DNA of 64,000 bases. Origin: Bacillota bacterium. GTDB taxonomy: Bacteria; Sysuimicrobiota; Sysuimicrobiia; Sysuimicrobiales; Segetimicrobiaceae. Of this stretch, positions 1 to 9,000 are shown in pieces (position 1 is the stretch's first letter; every line of letters begins with the position of its first letter). The notes under the pieces are model-generated. The model saw nothing but the letters and a program-made list of their open reading frames with translations, made no database searches and was not told the origin of the DNA. A program made the translations under genes and the position numbers. Location: assembly GCA_021324975.1 (NCBI GenBank), contig JAJPIA010000101.1, forward strand, positions 13,924-77,923, in the 5' to 3' direction.

Positions 1-1366
1 TCCCGATATTGGCGCTCGAAAACAGCGCGTACAGCGTGTCGGGATCGTTGGCCCGCAGGAAGATCGTGCCGAGGTTGTCGGTGCAGTGGAAATTGTCCTC
101 CGTGCGCGGCCCAAACGCCTGGCTCTTGATCTTGGCATCGAACCCGAGCTCGAGCAACTGTGCCTGCACGGGCTCGACGTCGGGTAGGTCGCCGCCGCCG
201 AGGTTCAGCGAATTGATGACGATGCCGAGCGGTTTGCCATCCTTTTGCCGGATGTGGTTCGGCCCCATCTTCCACCCCGCGTCGTCCAACAGGGCGGCCG
301 CCCGCCGCGGGTCATATGGGTACGCGGAGCACGCGCTGGGATCGGGGAGCAGCACGTGACTGACCATGCCGCACGCCGTCGTACCGAGCCCGCGGTACAC
401 GGACGCGATGATCGCGCGGCGGTTGATGCCGTAGAGGAGCGCCCGGCGTACCCGCAGATCGTCAGTGGGAGGCCGGCGGACGTTGATCAGCCACAGGTAG
501 GCTGAGCCCGGGAACGGGCGGGTGTCCTCGACGAGGCGCGAATCTCTCCGCAGCTGCGTGAGGATGGAGCCCGACGTGCCGTACCCGAGCACATAGACCA
601 TCTCGGTCTCACCGGATGACAGCGTGATCGCCCGCGTCTCGGCCTCGGGCACGATCTTCCAGACGATCCGATCCAAGTAGGGCGCGCCCCGGTGATCGCT
701 CCACGGCGCCCGGCGATTGTACCCGGCGTTGCGCACGAACGTCACGTGGTCGTTCGTCACATACTCCGCGACCGTGAACGGCCCGCTCCCCACGGGCGCG
801 TGCTGCGTCTGCGCCGCGGTCTGCGCGGCCGTCGCCCTGGGCGACAGCATGGCGAGCGTCCCGCCCGCGACGTAGGACAAAAACGGCGCGTACGGCGCGT
901 TGAAGCGCACCTGCACGGTGTGGTCGTCGACCACGGTCGATCCAGCGTAGCCGACGAGGCTGGACAGCGAGCCGCCGGCCCGGAAGTTGGGGTTCACGAT
1001 CCGGTCGAGGTTCCACTTGACCGCGTCCGCGTTGAACGGCGTCCCGTCGGAGAACCGGACGTCCCGCCGCAGCACAAACGTGAACGTCTTGCCGTCGGGG
1101 GAGACGCGGTAGCTCGTCGCGAGCCAGGGGCTGAACGCGCCGTCGGGGCCCTGATACAGCAGGCTCTCGAAGACGTTGAGGCTGCCGAGAAGGTAGGTCG
1201 CCGCCGCCGCCGATGCGTGCGGATCGAGCATCGTCGGGTCCGCCTCGAGCCCGACGGTCAGCGTGCCGCCCGTGACCGGCGCCGCCAGGGCGCCTCCGCC
1301 GGCCGTCATCAGCAGCGCGATCGCCGCGGCCACGGCAGCCGCCGTCATGCCCCTGTCCCGCACCAT
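1..1366 (-). CDS. ABC transporter substrate-binding protein, family 5 (peptide/nickel type), 3' end beyond window
   Basis: Reverse-strand translation from the ATG at 1366 gives MVRDRGMTAAAVAAAIALLMTAGGGALAAPVTGGTLTVGLEADPTMLDPH..., a signal peptide followed by the typical SBP_bac_5 N-terminus. The frame stays open to position 1, which is why it is missing from the ORF track. The overlapping track ORFs 609..1472(-) and 692..1642(+) are Arg-rich noise. Confidence 0.85.
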   Translation of the reverse strand, partial: MVRDRGMTAAAVAAAIALLMTAGGGALAAPVTGGTLTVGLEADPTMLDPHASAAAATYLLGSLNVFESLLYQGPDGAFSPWLATSYRVSPDGKTFTFVLRRDVRFSDGTPFNADAVKWNLDRIVNPNFRAGGSLSSLVGYAGSTVVDDHTVQVRFNAPYAPFLSYVAGGTLAMLSPRATAAQTAAQTQHAPVGSGPFTVAEYVTNDHVTFVRNAGYNRRAPWSDHRGAPYLDRIVWKIVPEAETRAITLSSGETEMVYVLGYGTSGSILTQLRRDSRLVEDTRPFPGSAYLWLINVRRPPTDDLRVRRALLYGINRRAIIASVYRGLGTTACGMVSHVLLPDPSACSAYPYDPRRAAALLDDAGWKMGPNHIRQKDGKPLGIVINSLNLGGGDLPDVEPVQAQLLELGFDAKIKSQAFGPRTEDNFHCTDNLGTIFLRANDPDTLYALFSSANIG

Positions 1367-1434
1367 GTCGCCCTCCCGGGGGTCGCCCGCACCTGCTCGC
1401 GCGTGGGGACCACCCAGGAGTTCCGTCCTGGGCA

Positions 1435-1977
1435 TCAGCGGTCCTGGTGCTCCCGCGACGACTTCGCGGCAATGTGCTCGTCGAGCGGCAGCGGGAGCGG
1501 GCGCAAGGGGACCGGCGAGGACTGGACGATCGAGGTGGTCGTCTGCCCGTACGCCAGGAAGCGGTCGAGGATGGCGTCGAGCTCCTCGATCTTCGGAACG
1601 TGGAGCTTCAAGAGAAAGCAGTCCTCGCCGGTGATGCGGTGACACTCCACGACGTTGGGCGTGCGCTCGGCCAGCTCGGCAACTTTCGCCAGCTGACCCG
1701 GCGCCGGCCGGACGCGCACGTACGCCGTGAGCGCGAGCCCCAGCGCTCTCGGATCGACGTCCATCCGGTACCCGGCGATGATCTTCTCGTCCTCCAGACG
1801 CTTGACGCGCTCCGTGACCGCGGGCGCCGACATCTTCACGCGGCGCGCGAGCGCGGACATCCCGAGGCGGGGCTGGAGCTGCAATTCACGGAGCAGCCGA
1901 ACATTCGTGCCGTCCAGCAACGGATGTAGGTTATTGAAGGTCTGATAAGACGATGGACGTTGTCTTGAAGCCATCTC
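1435..1977 (-). CDS. Lrp/AsnC family transcriptional regulator
   Basis: The translation shows the AsnC-type HTH (LDGTNVRLLRELQLQPRLGMSALARRVKMSAPAVTERVKRLE) followed by a RAM ligand-binding domain. The track start is a GTG at 1983; the first ATG (MASRQ) is at 1977. Confidence 0.85.
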   Translation of the reverse strand, partial: EMASRQRPSSYQTFNNLHPLLDGTNVRLLRELQLQPRLGMSALARRVKMSAPAVTERVKRLEDEKIIAGYRMDVDPRALGLALTAYVRVRPAPGQLAKVAELAERTPNVVECHRITGEDCFLLKLHVPKIEELDAILDRFLAYGQTTTSIVQSSPVPLRPLPLPLDEHIAAKSSREHQDR

Positions 1978-2036
1978 GACCACCTCTCCTTGATCCTATC
2001 ATGGACATACGGTCGGGAGGTTGCAACCATGAGGGC

Positions 2037-2936
2037 ATGGACGCAACCGCACCCGCCGCCCGGCGGACAAACCTCCGGGAGCCGGCACCTGCGGATGTGG
2101 CCACGAGGCTGCCGCCCCACGCGTTCTTTGTCGTGAGCGCGGTGTTCCACTATCTCGGACCGTCGTTCGCCGTGCTGCTCATGAGCCGCGTCGGCGTCCT
2201 CGGCGTGGCGTGGCTGCGCATCGCGAGCGCGGCGGCCGTGTTCGCGATGTGGCGCAGGCCGTGGCGCATGATCCGCCATGTCGCGCCGGCGGAGCGGATC
2301 ACGATCGTCGCGCTCGGCGTGGTCCTCGCCGCGATGAACTCGGTCTTCTATGAGGCGATCGACCGGTTGCCGCTCGGCACGGTCGGCGCGATCGAGTTCT
2401 TGGGACCGATCGCCCTGGCCGCGGCCGGCATACGCACGGGGCGCAACATCGCGGCCCTGGCCCTCGCCGTGGCGGGCGTGTGTGTGCTCACGGACGTGCG
2501 CATCGCGGCGCAGCCGCTCGGCTATCTCTTCGCGTTCGCCAACTGCGCGCTGTTCGTGCTCTACGTCGTGCTCGGGCATCGCATCGCGGCGGCCGGCGGC
2601 ACCGCCGGCGTCGACCGGCTCGGCGCGGCGATGCTCGTGGCCGCGATCGCGGCCCTGCCGATCGGCATCCGGCAGGCCGTGCCGGCGTTCGCCAACCCGC
2701 TGCTCCTGGGCGCGGCGATCGGGGTCGGTATCTCGTCCTCGGTGATCCCGTACGTGTGCGACCAGTTGGCGATGGCCCGATTGCCGCGCGCGACGTTCGC
2801 GCTGATGCTCTCGCTCCTCCCGGCCACGGCGACCATCGTGGGCATCATCGTGCTCCGGCAGCTGCCCACGGCCGCCGAGCTCGGCGGCGTCGCGCTGGTC
2901 GTCGCGGGCGTCGCCGTGCACAAAGCCCCCGCGTAG
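2037..2936 (+). CDS. EamA/DMT family transporter
   Basis: About 10 predicted TM segments and duplicated EamA-like halves; divergent from the Lrp gene. The track start at 1953 would overlap the Lrp N-terminus, so I placed the start at the in-frame ATG at 2037 (MDATAP...). The start remains uncertain. Confidence 0.75.
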   Translation: MDATAPAARRTNLREPAPADVATRLPPHAFFVVSAVFHYLGPSFAVLLMSRVGVLGVAWLRIASAAAVFAMWRRPWRMIRHVAPAERITIVALGVVLAAMNSVFYEAIDRLPLGTVGAIEFLGPIALAAAGIRTGRNIAALALAVAGVCVLTDVRIAAQPLGYLFAFANCALFVLYVVLGHRIAAAGGTAGVDRLGAAMLVAAIAALPIGIRQAVPAFANPLLLGAAIGVGISSSVIPYVCDQLAMARLPRATFALMLSLLPATATIVGIIVLRQLPTAAELGGVALVVAGVAVHKAPA

Positions 2937-2981
2937 GCCTGCGCGGAGGAACCGCGCCCGCGCGGCGACGAACACGCAGGC

Positions 2982-3536
2982 ATGGCCGCGCGCTATGATC
3001 TGCTGCTCGCGGGGGGCACCGTGCTGGACCCCCGGGGAAGGCAGGCGGGCCGCCGCGGACGTGGCGTTCGCGGACGGCCGCGTCGCCGCCGTCGGCCCCG
3101 AACTTCGACCCGCCCACGCCGCCCAGACGGTCGACTGCTCGGGCCTCCTCATCGCTCCGGGCATGATCGACCTGCACGTTCATGTCTTCTATGGCGTCAG
3201 CCACTACGGCATCGAGCCCGATCCGCACTGCGTGGCCAAGGGTGTGACGACCGCGGTGGACGCGGGGTCGGCGGGCGCGGACACGTTTCCCGGGTTCCGC
3301 AAATACGTCATCGACGTCGCGGCCACCCGGCTGTTTGCGCGGCTCAACATCTCGTCCCAGGGCATGTTGAGCGGTGCGGTGGGGGAGCTGGACGATCTCC
3401 GCTATGCCAGCGTGCCCAAAGCCATCGCCACGATCGAGCAGCACCGCGACGTCATTCTCGGCGTGAAGGTGCGCCTGACGCGGCACCAGATCGTGAGCCG
3501 GGAGGCCGGGATGCGGCACAGCCGGAACGCCGGGAG
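2982..3536 (+). pseudogene. amidohydrolase (dihydroorotase-like metallo-hydrolase) N-terminal remnant, frameshifted and 3'-truncated
   Basis: Frame 0 gives MAARYDLLLAGGTVLDPRG, then from about 3045 the homology continues in frame +1 (AADVAFADGRVAAVGPEL...TVDCSGLLIAPGMIDLHVHVFYG...GVTTAVDAGSAGADTFPGFRKYVIDVAATRLFARLNIS...ILGVKVRLT). It stops after about 185 aa, roughly half a TIM-barrel amidohydrolase. Stops in all frames precede the next gene. Confidence 0.6.
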
Positions 3537-3542
3537 GTCCAC

Positions 3543-4949
3543 ATGTCGTTGGAGGCCGTGCACCGCTACATCGACGAGCACCGGGGGGAATCGCTCAACA
3601 TCCTCCGGGACCTGGTCGCGCGCCCCAGCGTGAGCGCGCAGGACAAGGGCGTCAAGGAGTGCGCGGCGCACCTCGCGGCGCTGCTCCGGCGCTTCGGCAT
3701 CGCCTCCGAGGTCATCCCGACGCCGACGCAGCCGGTCGTCTACGGCGAGATCGTCCGCGATCCCCGCAGCTACACGCTGTTGTGCTACGGGCACTACGAC
3801 GTCCAGCCCCCGGAGCCGCTGGACTTATGGGAGACGCCGCCGTTCGAGCCCACGATCCGCGACGGCCGGCTCTTTGGGCGGGGCGTCGGCGACAACAAGG
3901 GGCAGTTGCTGGCGCACGTGCTCGCGGCGCGCGCTTGGCTCGAGGCCGCGGGTGGTCCGCCCATCAACCTCAAGTTCGTGTTCGAGGGTGAAGAAGAGTC
4001 GGGCTCCCCCAGCCTCGGCGCGTTCGTCCGCGAGCACCGCGCGCGGCTCGCCGCCGACCTCGTGTACATCTCCGACGGCGGCCTGCACCCGTCCGGCGCG
4101 CCCGTGATCTCCCTCGGCAACCGCGGCATCCTGGGGATCACGCTCGTCGCCCAGGGCGCGGACCGCGACAATCATTCCGGCAACAAGGGCGGCGTGGCCC
4201 CGAACCCGGTGTTGATGCTCGTGCACCTCCTCGCGACGATCGTGGATCCCTCGGGGCGCGTGCTCATCGACGGCTTCTACGACCACGTGCGGCCGATCGG
4301 GCCCACGGAATCGGCGTTGCTGGCGACGCTCGACTACGACCCGGTCGCGTTCGGCGCGACGATGGGCCTCCCCACGCTGCCGATGGACGGCCCGACGTAC
4401 TGGAAACGCATCATGCTCGAGCCGTACTTCAACATCAACGGCTTCGCGAGCGGCTATACGGGGCCGGGGTCGAAGACGATCATCCCCTCGCGGGCCGAGT
4501 GCCGCATCGACATCCGCCTCGTCGCGGACCAGACGACGCGCGACATCCTCCACAAGGTCCGGCAGCACGTGGCCAAGATGGATCCCCGCGTGCAGGTGCT
4601 GGAGCGCGGCTTCGGCACCATGGAGGCCAGCCGCACGGCCCCGGACCACCCGGCCGTGCGCGTCATCGCGGAGGCGATTCGCGCCGTGCGGGGCGCCGCC
4701 CCATACATCAATCTCGCCAGCGGGGGCAGCCTGCCGAACGTCGTGTGGCCGCGCGACCTCGGCGCGGACCACCTCGGGGTGCCCTACGCCAACGCGGACG
4801 AGAACAACCACAGCCCGAACGAAAACCTCAGCCTGGAGCGATTCTACGACGGGATCCACGTGAGCGCCCAGGTCTTCGACGCGCTCGCGGAAGCAGCGGC
4901 GGCGGGCACTCTGCGGCGGCAGGGCGCCCGCGACGGGACGTCGAGGTGA
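3543..4949 (+). CDS. M20 family metallopeptidase (dipeptidase/DapE-ArgE-like)
   Basis: Motifs GHYDVQP, GRGVGDNKG and EGEEESGS match the M20 metal-binding and dimerisation regions. A GGGAGG RBS lies 5 nt upstream of the ATG at 3543. The track merges this with upstream junk as 2982..4949. Confidence 0.85.
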   Translation: MSLEAVHRYIDEHRGESLNILRDLVARPSVSAQDKGVKECAAHLAALLRRFGIASEVIPTPTQPVVYGEIVRDPRSYTLLCYGHYDVQPPEPLDLWETPPFEPTIRDGRLFGRGVGDNKGQLLAHVLAARAWLEAAGGPPINLKFVFEGEEESGSPSLGAFVREHRARLAADLVYISDGGLHPSGAPVISLGNRGILGITLVAQGADRDNHSGNKGGVAPNPVLMLVHLLATIVDPSGRVLIDGFYDHVRPIGPTESALLATLDYDPVAFGATMGLPTLPMDGPTYWKRIMLEPYFNINGFASGYTGPGSKTIIPSRAECRIDIRLVADQTTRDILHKVRQHVAKMDPRVQVLERGFGTMEASRTAPDHPAVRVIAEAIRAVRGAAPYINLASGGSLPNVVWPRDLGADHLGVPYANADENNHSPNENLSLERFYDGIHVSAQVFDALAEAAAAGTLRRQGARDGTSR

Positions 4950-4973
4950 GCCCGCGGCCGACGGCCCGGGTCC

Positions 4974-5081
4974 CTACCGGCGCGCGATGTGGGGATCCAG
5001 GATCTCGCGCACCCGGTCGCCGAGGAGATTGACGGCAAGAACCAGGACGAGCAGCGCGAGCCCCGGGATCGTGCTCACCCA
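4974..5081 (-). pseudogene. relic C-terminus of an ABC (Dpp/Opp-type) permease
   Basis: The last about 35 codons of track ORF 4974..6119(-) read VWVSTIPGLALLVLVLAVNLLGDRVREILDPHIARR, matching the conserved DppC/OppC C-terminus (compare the intact permease at 44575: [31 protein letters not shown]). No upstream body is present. Confidence 0.5.
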
Positions 5082-6280
5082 CACAACTGGCGCGTCCCGA
5101 TCATGCACACCTCTTCGGCCATCGCGCGGCCCGGCGCCACGCCGTGTACGATGATCCCGATCTCGTGCGCCGGCGTGCGCACGGGCTCCAGATCCCCCAT
5201 GACGCCGTTTCGGCCGAAGACCTGATAGTGCAGCTCGTAGCCGGCGCGGCCGAACCGCGCTTCGACGGCGCGGCGCGCCCATTCGATGACCCGGTCGATG
5301 TTGGCGATGGTGTAGGGATCGCGGACCCCCGCGATGCCAACGTAGCGCTCCCCGACCTTGCCGGCGCCCTCGAGCTTGACCTGCAGCTCGGCGGCAGGGC
5401 GCCACACGGGCCCCGTGATGCGCGTCGTGCGCGCGTCGAACTGCTCGTACCGGCAGTGCCGCATGTCGAGCTCGCCGCCGAGCGCGTACTCGGAGAAGGG
5501 CGTCGCACGCTCGTACATGGCGTGGGCGGCGACCGACGCGACGGTGCAGCGTTGGTCGGGATGCATCGCCGTCACCCTGACGTCGTCCTCGGAGATCTCG
5601 CCGATCACGCTCTCCTTGGCGCCGTACGGCTCGGCGCAGAACGAGGCGCACTCCAGCACCTTGCCGAGATAGTAGGCCAGCGCCTCCGGAAAGCCGGCGC
5701 GGATCGCCGGCCCCGCGCAGATCGCGAGGTCGCTGCTGCGGCCGCCGATGATGACCTGGGCGCCCATGTCGAGCAGCCTGTTGTACGGGTGGATGCCCGC
5801 CAGCGCGACGATCCGGTCCGTGCGCTCGAGATCCTCGACGGTCAGGTCGGCGCGGCCATTCAATCCCGCCACGCGCTCTCCCGCCTCGAGCCGCTCCTTC
5901 ACCAGCTCCTTGGAGACCTCCGAGTAGAAATACCCGAGGCGAAACGGCGCAAGGCGGTGGCGTGCCGCGATCTCCCGGATCATCTCCACGTAGAGGTCCA
6001 CGCGGCTGTTGGACCCCGTGTCGCCCGCCGAGCCGATGAGCATCGGCACGCCGAGCTTGCGGCACGCGAGCACAATGTGCTCCAGATCGTGACGCTGCCA
6101 CTCCTGCGGGCTCGCGCACGTGTCCGACCCCAGGGGGCCGGGCCCGATATCGTCGCTGCCGGAGTCCGAGACGATGAAGTCGGGCCGGGCCGCCACCCCG
6201 AGCTCGAAGCTCCCGGGTTGGAGCGGTGCAAACCCCAGGTGTCCGTTCGGCGCCAGAAAGCGCAGTGTCTTGCCCGTCAC
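5075..6280 (-). CDS. AtuA-like protein (DUF1446, acyclic terpene utilisation family)
   Basis: The N-terminus MTGKTLRFLAPNGHLGFAPLQP...IVSDSGSDDIGP and the overall length fit the AtuA/DUF1446 family. GTG start with a GGGAGG RBS upstream. Confidence 0.7.
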   Translation of the reverse strand: MTGKTLRFLAPNGHLGFAPLQPGSFELGVAARPDFIVSDSGSDDIGPGPLGSDTCASPQEWQRHDLEHIVLACRKLGVPMLIGSAGDTGSNSRVDLYVEMIREIAARHRLAPFRLGYFYSEVSKELVKERLEAGERVAGLNGRADLTVEDLERTDRIVALAGIHPYNRLLDMGAQVIIGGRSSDLAICAGPAIRAGFPEALAYYLGKVLECASFCAEPYGAKESVIGEISEDDVRVTAMHPDQRCTVASVAAHAMYERATPFSEYALGGELDMRHCRYEQFDARTTRITGPVWRPAAELQVKLEGAGKVGERYVGIAGVRDPYTIANIDRVIEWARRAVEARFGRAGYELHYQVFGRNGVMGDLEPVRTPAHEIGIIVHGVAPGRAMAEEVCMIGTRQLCG

Positions 6281-6293
6281 GCTCCGCCTCCCG

Positions 6294-7127
6294 TCACGGC
6301 GCGACGTGCGCCAGCCGCTCGATGTTGAACCTGTACCAGTCGCCGCGGTAGACGGCTCGGCGATACTCCAGCGGCTCGCCCCGCGCCGTCGAGACCAACG
6401 ACGTCACCTCGAACACCGCGGCCGGCCGGCCGAGCGCCAGCAACGCGCCTTCGTCCGCGGTCGCCAGGCGCGCCTCAAACGTTTGCTCCGCCCGCAGCTC
6501 GTGCACCCCGGCGCGCTCCGCGTAGGCGTCGCAGAACATGCGGGGCGAGGTTCCGGTCTCAACGGCGCGACAAAAATCATCCAGGGCGCCGGCCACCTTG
6601 GGGGCGGAGAAGTAGCTGCGATAGATCGCGAGCGGCTCGCCGTCGCCAAGGCCGAGGCATACCAAATGCACGAGCGTCGACGCCGGCGGGACGCCGAGCA
6701 GCCGGCTCAGCACGACATCACACGGCAGGAGCGTCCGGCTCACGATGCGGAGTCCCGGCGTGATGCCCTGCGCCGCGAGCGCCTCGCGAAACGCCGTGAC
6801 GCGGCCGAGCGGCTGCGTGATCGCGCCGTGCGATGCGACGAACGTGCCGCGTCCCTGGATCTTCTTGAGCAGGCCTGCCGCGGAAAGGTGCTCCAACGCT
6901 TGGCGCACGGTCGAGCGGCTCACGCCAAACTGCTCGGAGAGGTCCCGCTCAGACGGCAGGCGCCCCTCGGCCTCCCAATCACCCCTGCGCATGCGAACGG
7001 TGAGGGAGCTCAGCAGTTGGCGATAGAGCGGCGCCTCGCCAGCCCGCGTGGCGGCGCGTCCCTTCCGCCCGCGGCGTCCGTCCGGTGCACGTGTGACCCC
7101 AATCGATGCTTTGTTAGACTGGTCCAT
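6294..7127 (-). CDS. GntR family transcriptional regulator (HutC/UTRA subfamily)
   Basis: Winged HTH (LPSERDLSEQFGVSRSTVRQALEHLSAAGLLKKIQGRGTFV) plus a C-terminal UTRA-like domain. Confidence 0.85.
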   Translation of the reverse strand: MDQSNKASIGVTRAPDGRRGRKGRAATRAGEAPLYRQLLSSLTVRMRRGDWEAEGRLPSERDLSEQFGVSRSTVRQALEHLSAAGLLKKIQGRGTFVASHGAITQPLGRVTAFREALAAQGITPGLRIVSRTLLPCDVVLSRLLGVPPASTLVHLVCLGLGDGEPLAIYRSYFSAPKVAGALDDFCRAVETGTSPRMFCDAYAERAGVHELRAEQTFEARLATADEGALLALGRPAAVFEVTSLVSTARGEPLEYRRAVYRGDWYRFNIERLAHVAP

Positions 7128-7208
7128 ACCGATTTAGAATTGGTACGTACCACCCCACCGACACGTATTCCTGCCGTGTTGCCCGGGGCCTGAAAAATGG
7201 CCGGGGCG

Positions 7209-8648
7209 CTAGCGCACGGCGCCGGCCGCGGCCGCCCGCCGCAGCGGCGCGGGCAGGACGTCCTCGGGGATCGGGCAGCGATAGCCGCGGCCCGCGGTCC
7301 GCTCCTTGAGCTCCGCCTTCGCCCGGGCGAGCAGCCCGGGATCCCGGATCACGTCGAGGGCCGTCGCCGCCATCACCTTCGCCGCGTGCACCATGCCCTT
7401 GTGCGCCGCGGGCGCCATGCCCTGCGCCACGAGCTGCCACGAGTGCCCGGGCGTCCCCACCGCAAAGCACGCGCCCCACATCTGCACGGTGGGCACGATC
7501 CAGCTGACGTCGCCCACGTCCGTCGACCCGCCGAGCACCCGCGGCGTGGGATCGAGCGGCACCGGCGCGCCGTACAACACCGACTCCGCCGCTTCCGGGG
7601 TCCCGTTCGTTTCGACGGCGTGCGCGATGTCGTCAGGCGTCAGCGTTCCGCGGATGCGCTCGGCAAAGGCCATGTCCTCGGCGTCGAACGGGACCGGGCC
7701 GACGCGGGTGAGGTTGGCGTGCATCGCCGCGGCGAGCGTCATGTTCGGGACGATGTTCGAGCACGCCTTGTCGATCTCGTGCGTCGCTTCGGTCTCCGTC
7801 ATGAGCGCGGCGCCGTCGGCGATCTTGCGCACGCGCGCAAACAGGGCCCGGGCCTGCTCCACCTCCGGCGCCCGGATCAGATAGAGCACCTCCGCCCTGG
7901 GCTGCACCACGTTCGGCGAGATGCCGCCGGCGTCCGTGATCGAATAGTGCACGCGCGCGGCGGGCGGCATGTGCTCGCGCAGGAAGTTGACGCCGATGTT
8001 CATCAGCTCGACGGCGTCGAGCGCGCTGCGGCCGAGATGCGGCGCCCCGGCGGCATGCGATGCCCTCCCGGAGAACCGCCAGTACACCTGGAAGTTCGCG
8101 AGGGAGCTTCGCGACATCACCGCCGCGAAGCATCCGGGGTGCCACGACACCGCGGCGTCCAGGTCGTCGAACGCGCCGGCGCGGGCCATGAATGTCTTGC
8201 CGGAGCCGCCCTCCTCCGCGGGGCAGCCGTAGAAGCGCACCGTTGCCTTGAGGCCGGTGGCCATCAAGTAGTTGCGCAGCGCCACGGCGGCGAGCGCCGC
8301 CCCCGCGCCGAGGAGGTTGTGCCCGCAGCCGTGGCCGACGGCGCCGGGCGTCGACGTCCGGGGCTCCGCGACGCCGGCATCCTGGCTCAGCCCCGCCAAG
8401 CCGTCGTACTCGCCGAGGAGCGCGATCACCGGGCCGCCCCGGCCCGACTCCGCGACGAACGCGGTGTCGATGCCCGCGACGCTGCGGGTGATGCCGAAGC
8501 CTTCCTCCTCGAGCGCCGCGATGTGCGCGGCGACGGATTTGTGCTCGTTGAACCGCAACTCCGCGAGCCGCCAGATCTCGTCGGCGAGCGCGACAAAGGT
8601 GTCCCGCTTCGTGTCGACCTGCCGGGTGATGAGCTCGATGTCGGACAT
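7209..8648 (-). CDS. M20D family amidohydrolase (AbgB/hippurate-hydrolase-like)
   Basis: Motifs HGCGHNLLGAGAALAA and GCPAEEGGSGK are M20D signatures. The track ORF runs to 8825, but the upstream part is low-complexity; the ATG for MSDIELITRQ is at 8648. Confidence 0.85.
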   Translation of the reverse strand: MSDIELITRQVDTKRDTFVALADEIWRLAELRFNEHKSVAAHIAALEEEGFGITRSVAGIDTAFVAESGRGGPVIALLGEYDGLAGLSQDAGVAEPRTSTPGAVGHGCGHNLLGAGAALAAVALRNYLMATGLKATVRFYGCPAEEGGSGKTFMARAGAFDDLDAAVSWHPGCFAAVMSRSSLANFQVYWRFSGRASHAAGAPHLGRSALDAVELMNIGVNFLREHMPPAARVHYSITDAGGISPNVVQPRAEVLYLIRAPEVEQARALFARVRKIADGAALMTETEATHEIDKACSNIVPNMTLAAAMHANLTRVGPVPFDAEDMAFAERIRGTLTPDDIAHAVETNGTPEAAESVLYGAPVPLDPTPRVLGGSTDVGDVSWIVPTVQMWGACFAVGTPGHSWQLVAQGMAPAAHKGMVHAAKVMAATALDVIRDPGLLARAKAELKERTAGRGYRCPIPEDVLPAPLRRAAAAGAVR

Positions 8649-9000
8649 GTGCGGTCTCTCCCTCCCGAACCTGGTGTGGCATGTCCCTTCGCGACGCCGC
8701 CGCCGAAATCCGCCGCCCCGCGAAGGCACGTCGGAGCCTGGCGGCACGGATCGTCCCGTCGCCGATCCAGGACTACCTGATCGCCGCGTGGTACTGATGT
8801 TGCATGACATCACGTAGACGCGCACGAGGATCCAAGCGAGTCAGCGCGGGGACGAGAGGGCGCCGTGCGGCGCGGGGCCCGCGCGCCGGGGACCGCGAAC
8901 TCCGCGAGGTCATCCGGCTGCAGACACTCTCCGGCACCGCGCTCAAGGATGCCCGGATTCCGATCGCGGTCGAGCCGGCCGCGGTGTTTCACACGCTCCC

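Noticed and set aside
609-1642. Two long ORFs (609..1472 minus, 692..1642 plus)
   Set aside because: Both are Arg/Gly-rich translations of alternative frames of the substrate-binding-protein gene, with no family motifs.
2982-4949. 655-aa ORF suggesting one amidohydrolase-peptidase fusion
   Set aside because: Residues 25-185 of this frame are junk. The amidohydrolase homology lies in another frame and the M20 peptidase has its own RBS and ATG at 3543.
4974-6280. 381-aa and other overlapping minus-strand ORFs over the AtuA-like gene
   Set aside because: These alternative frames are compositionally biased. Only the last 35 codons of the 4974 frame (permease tail) carry signal and are reported separately.
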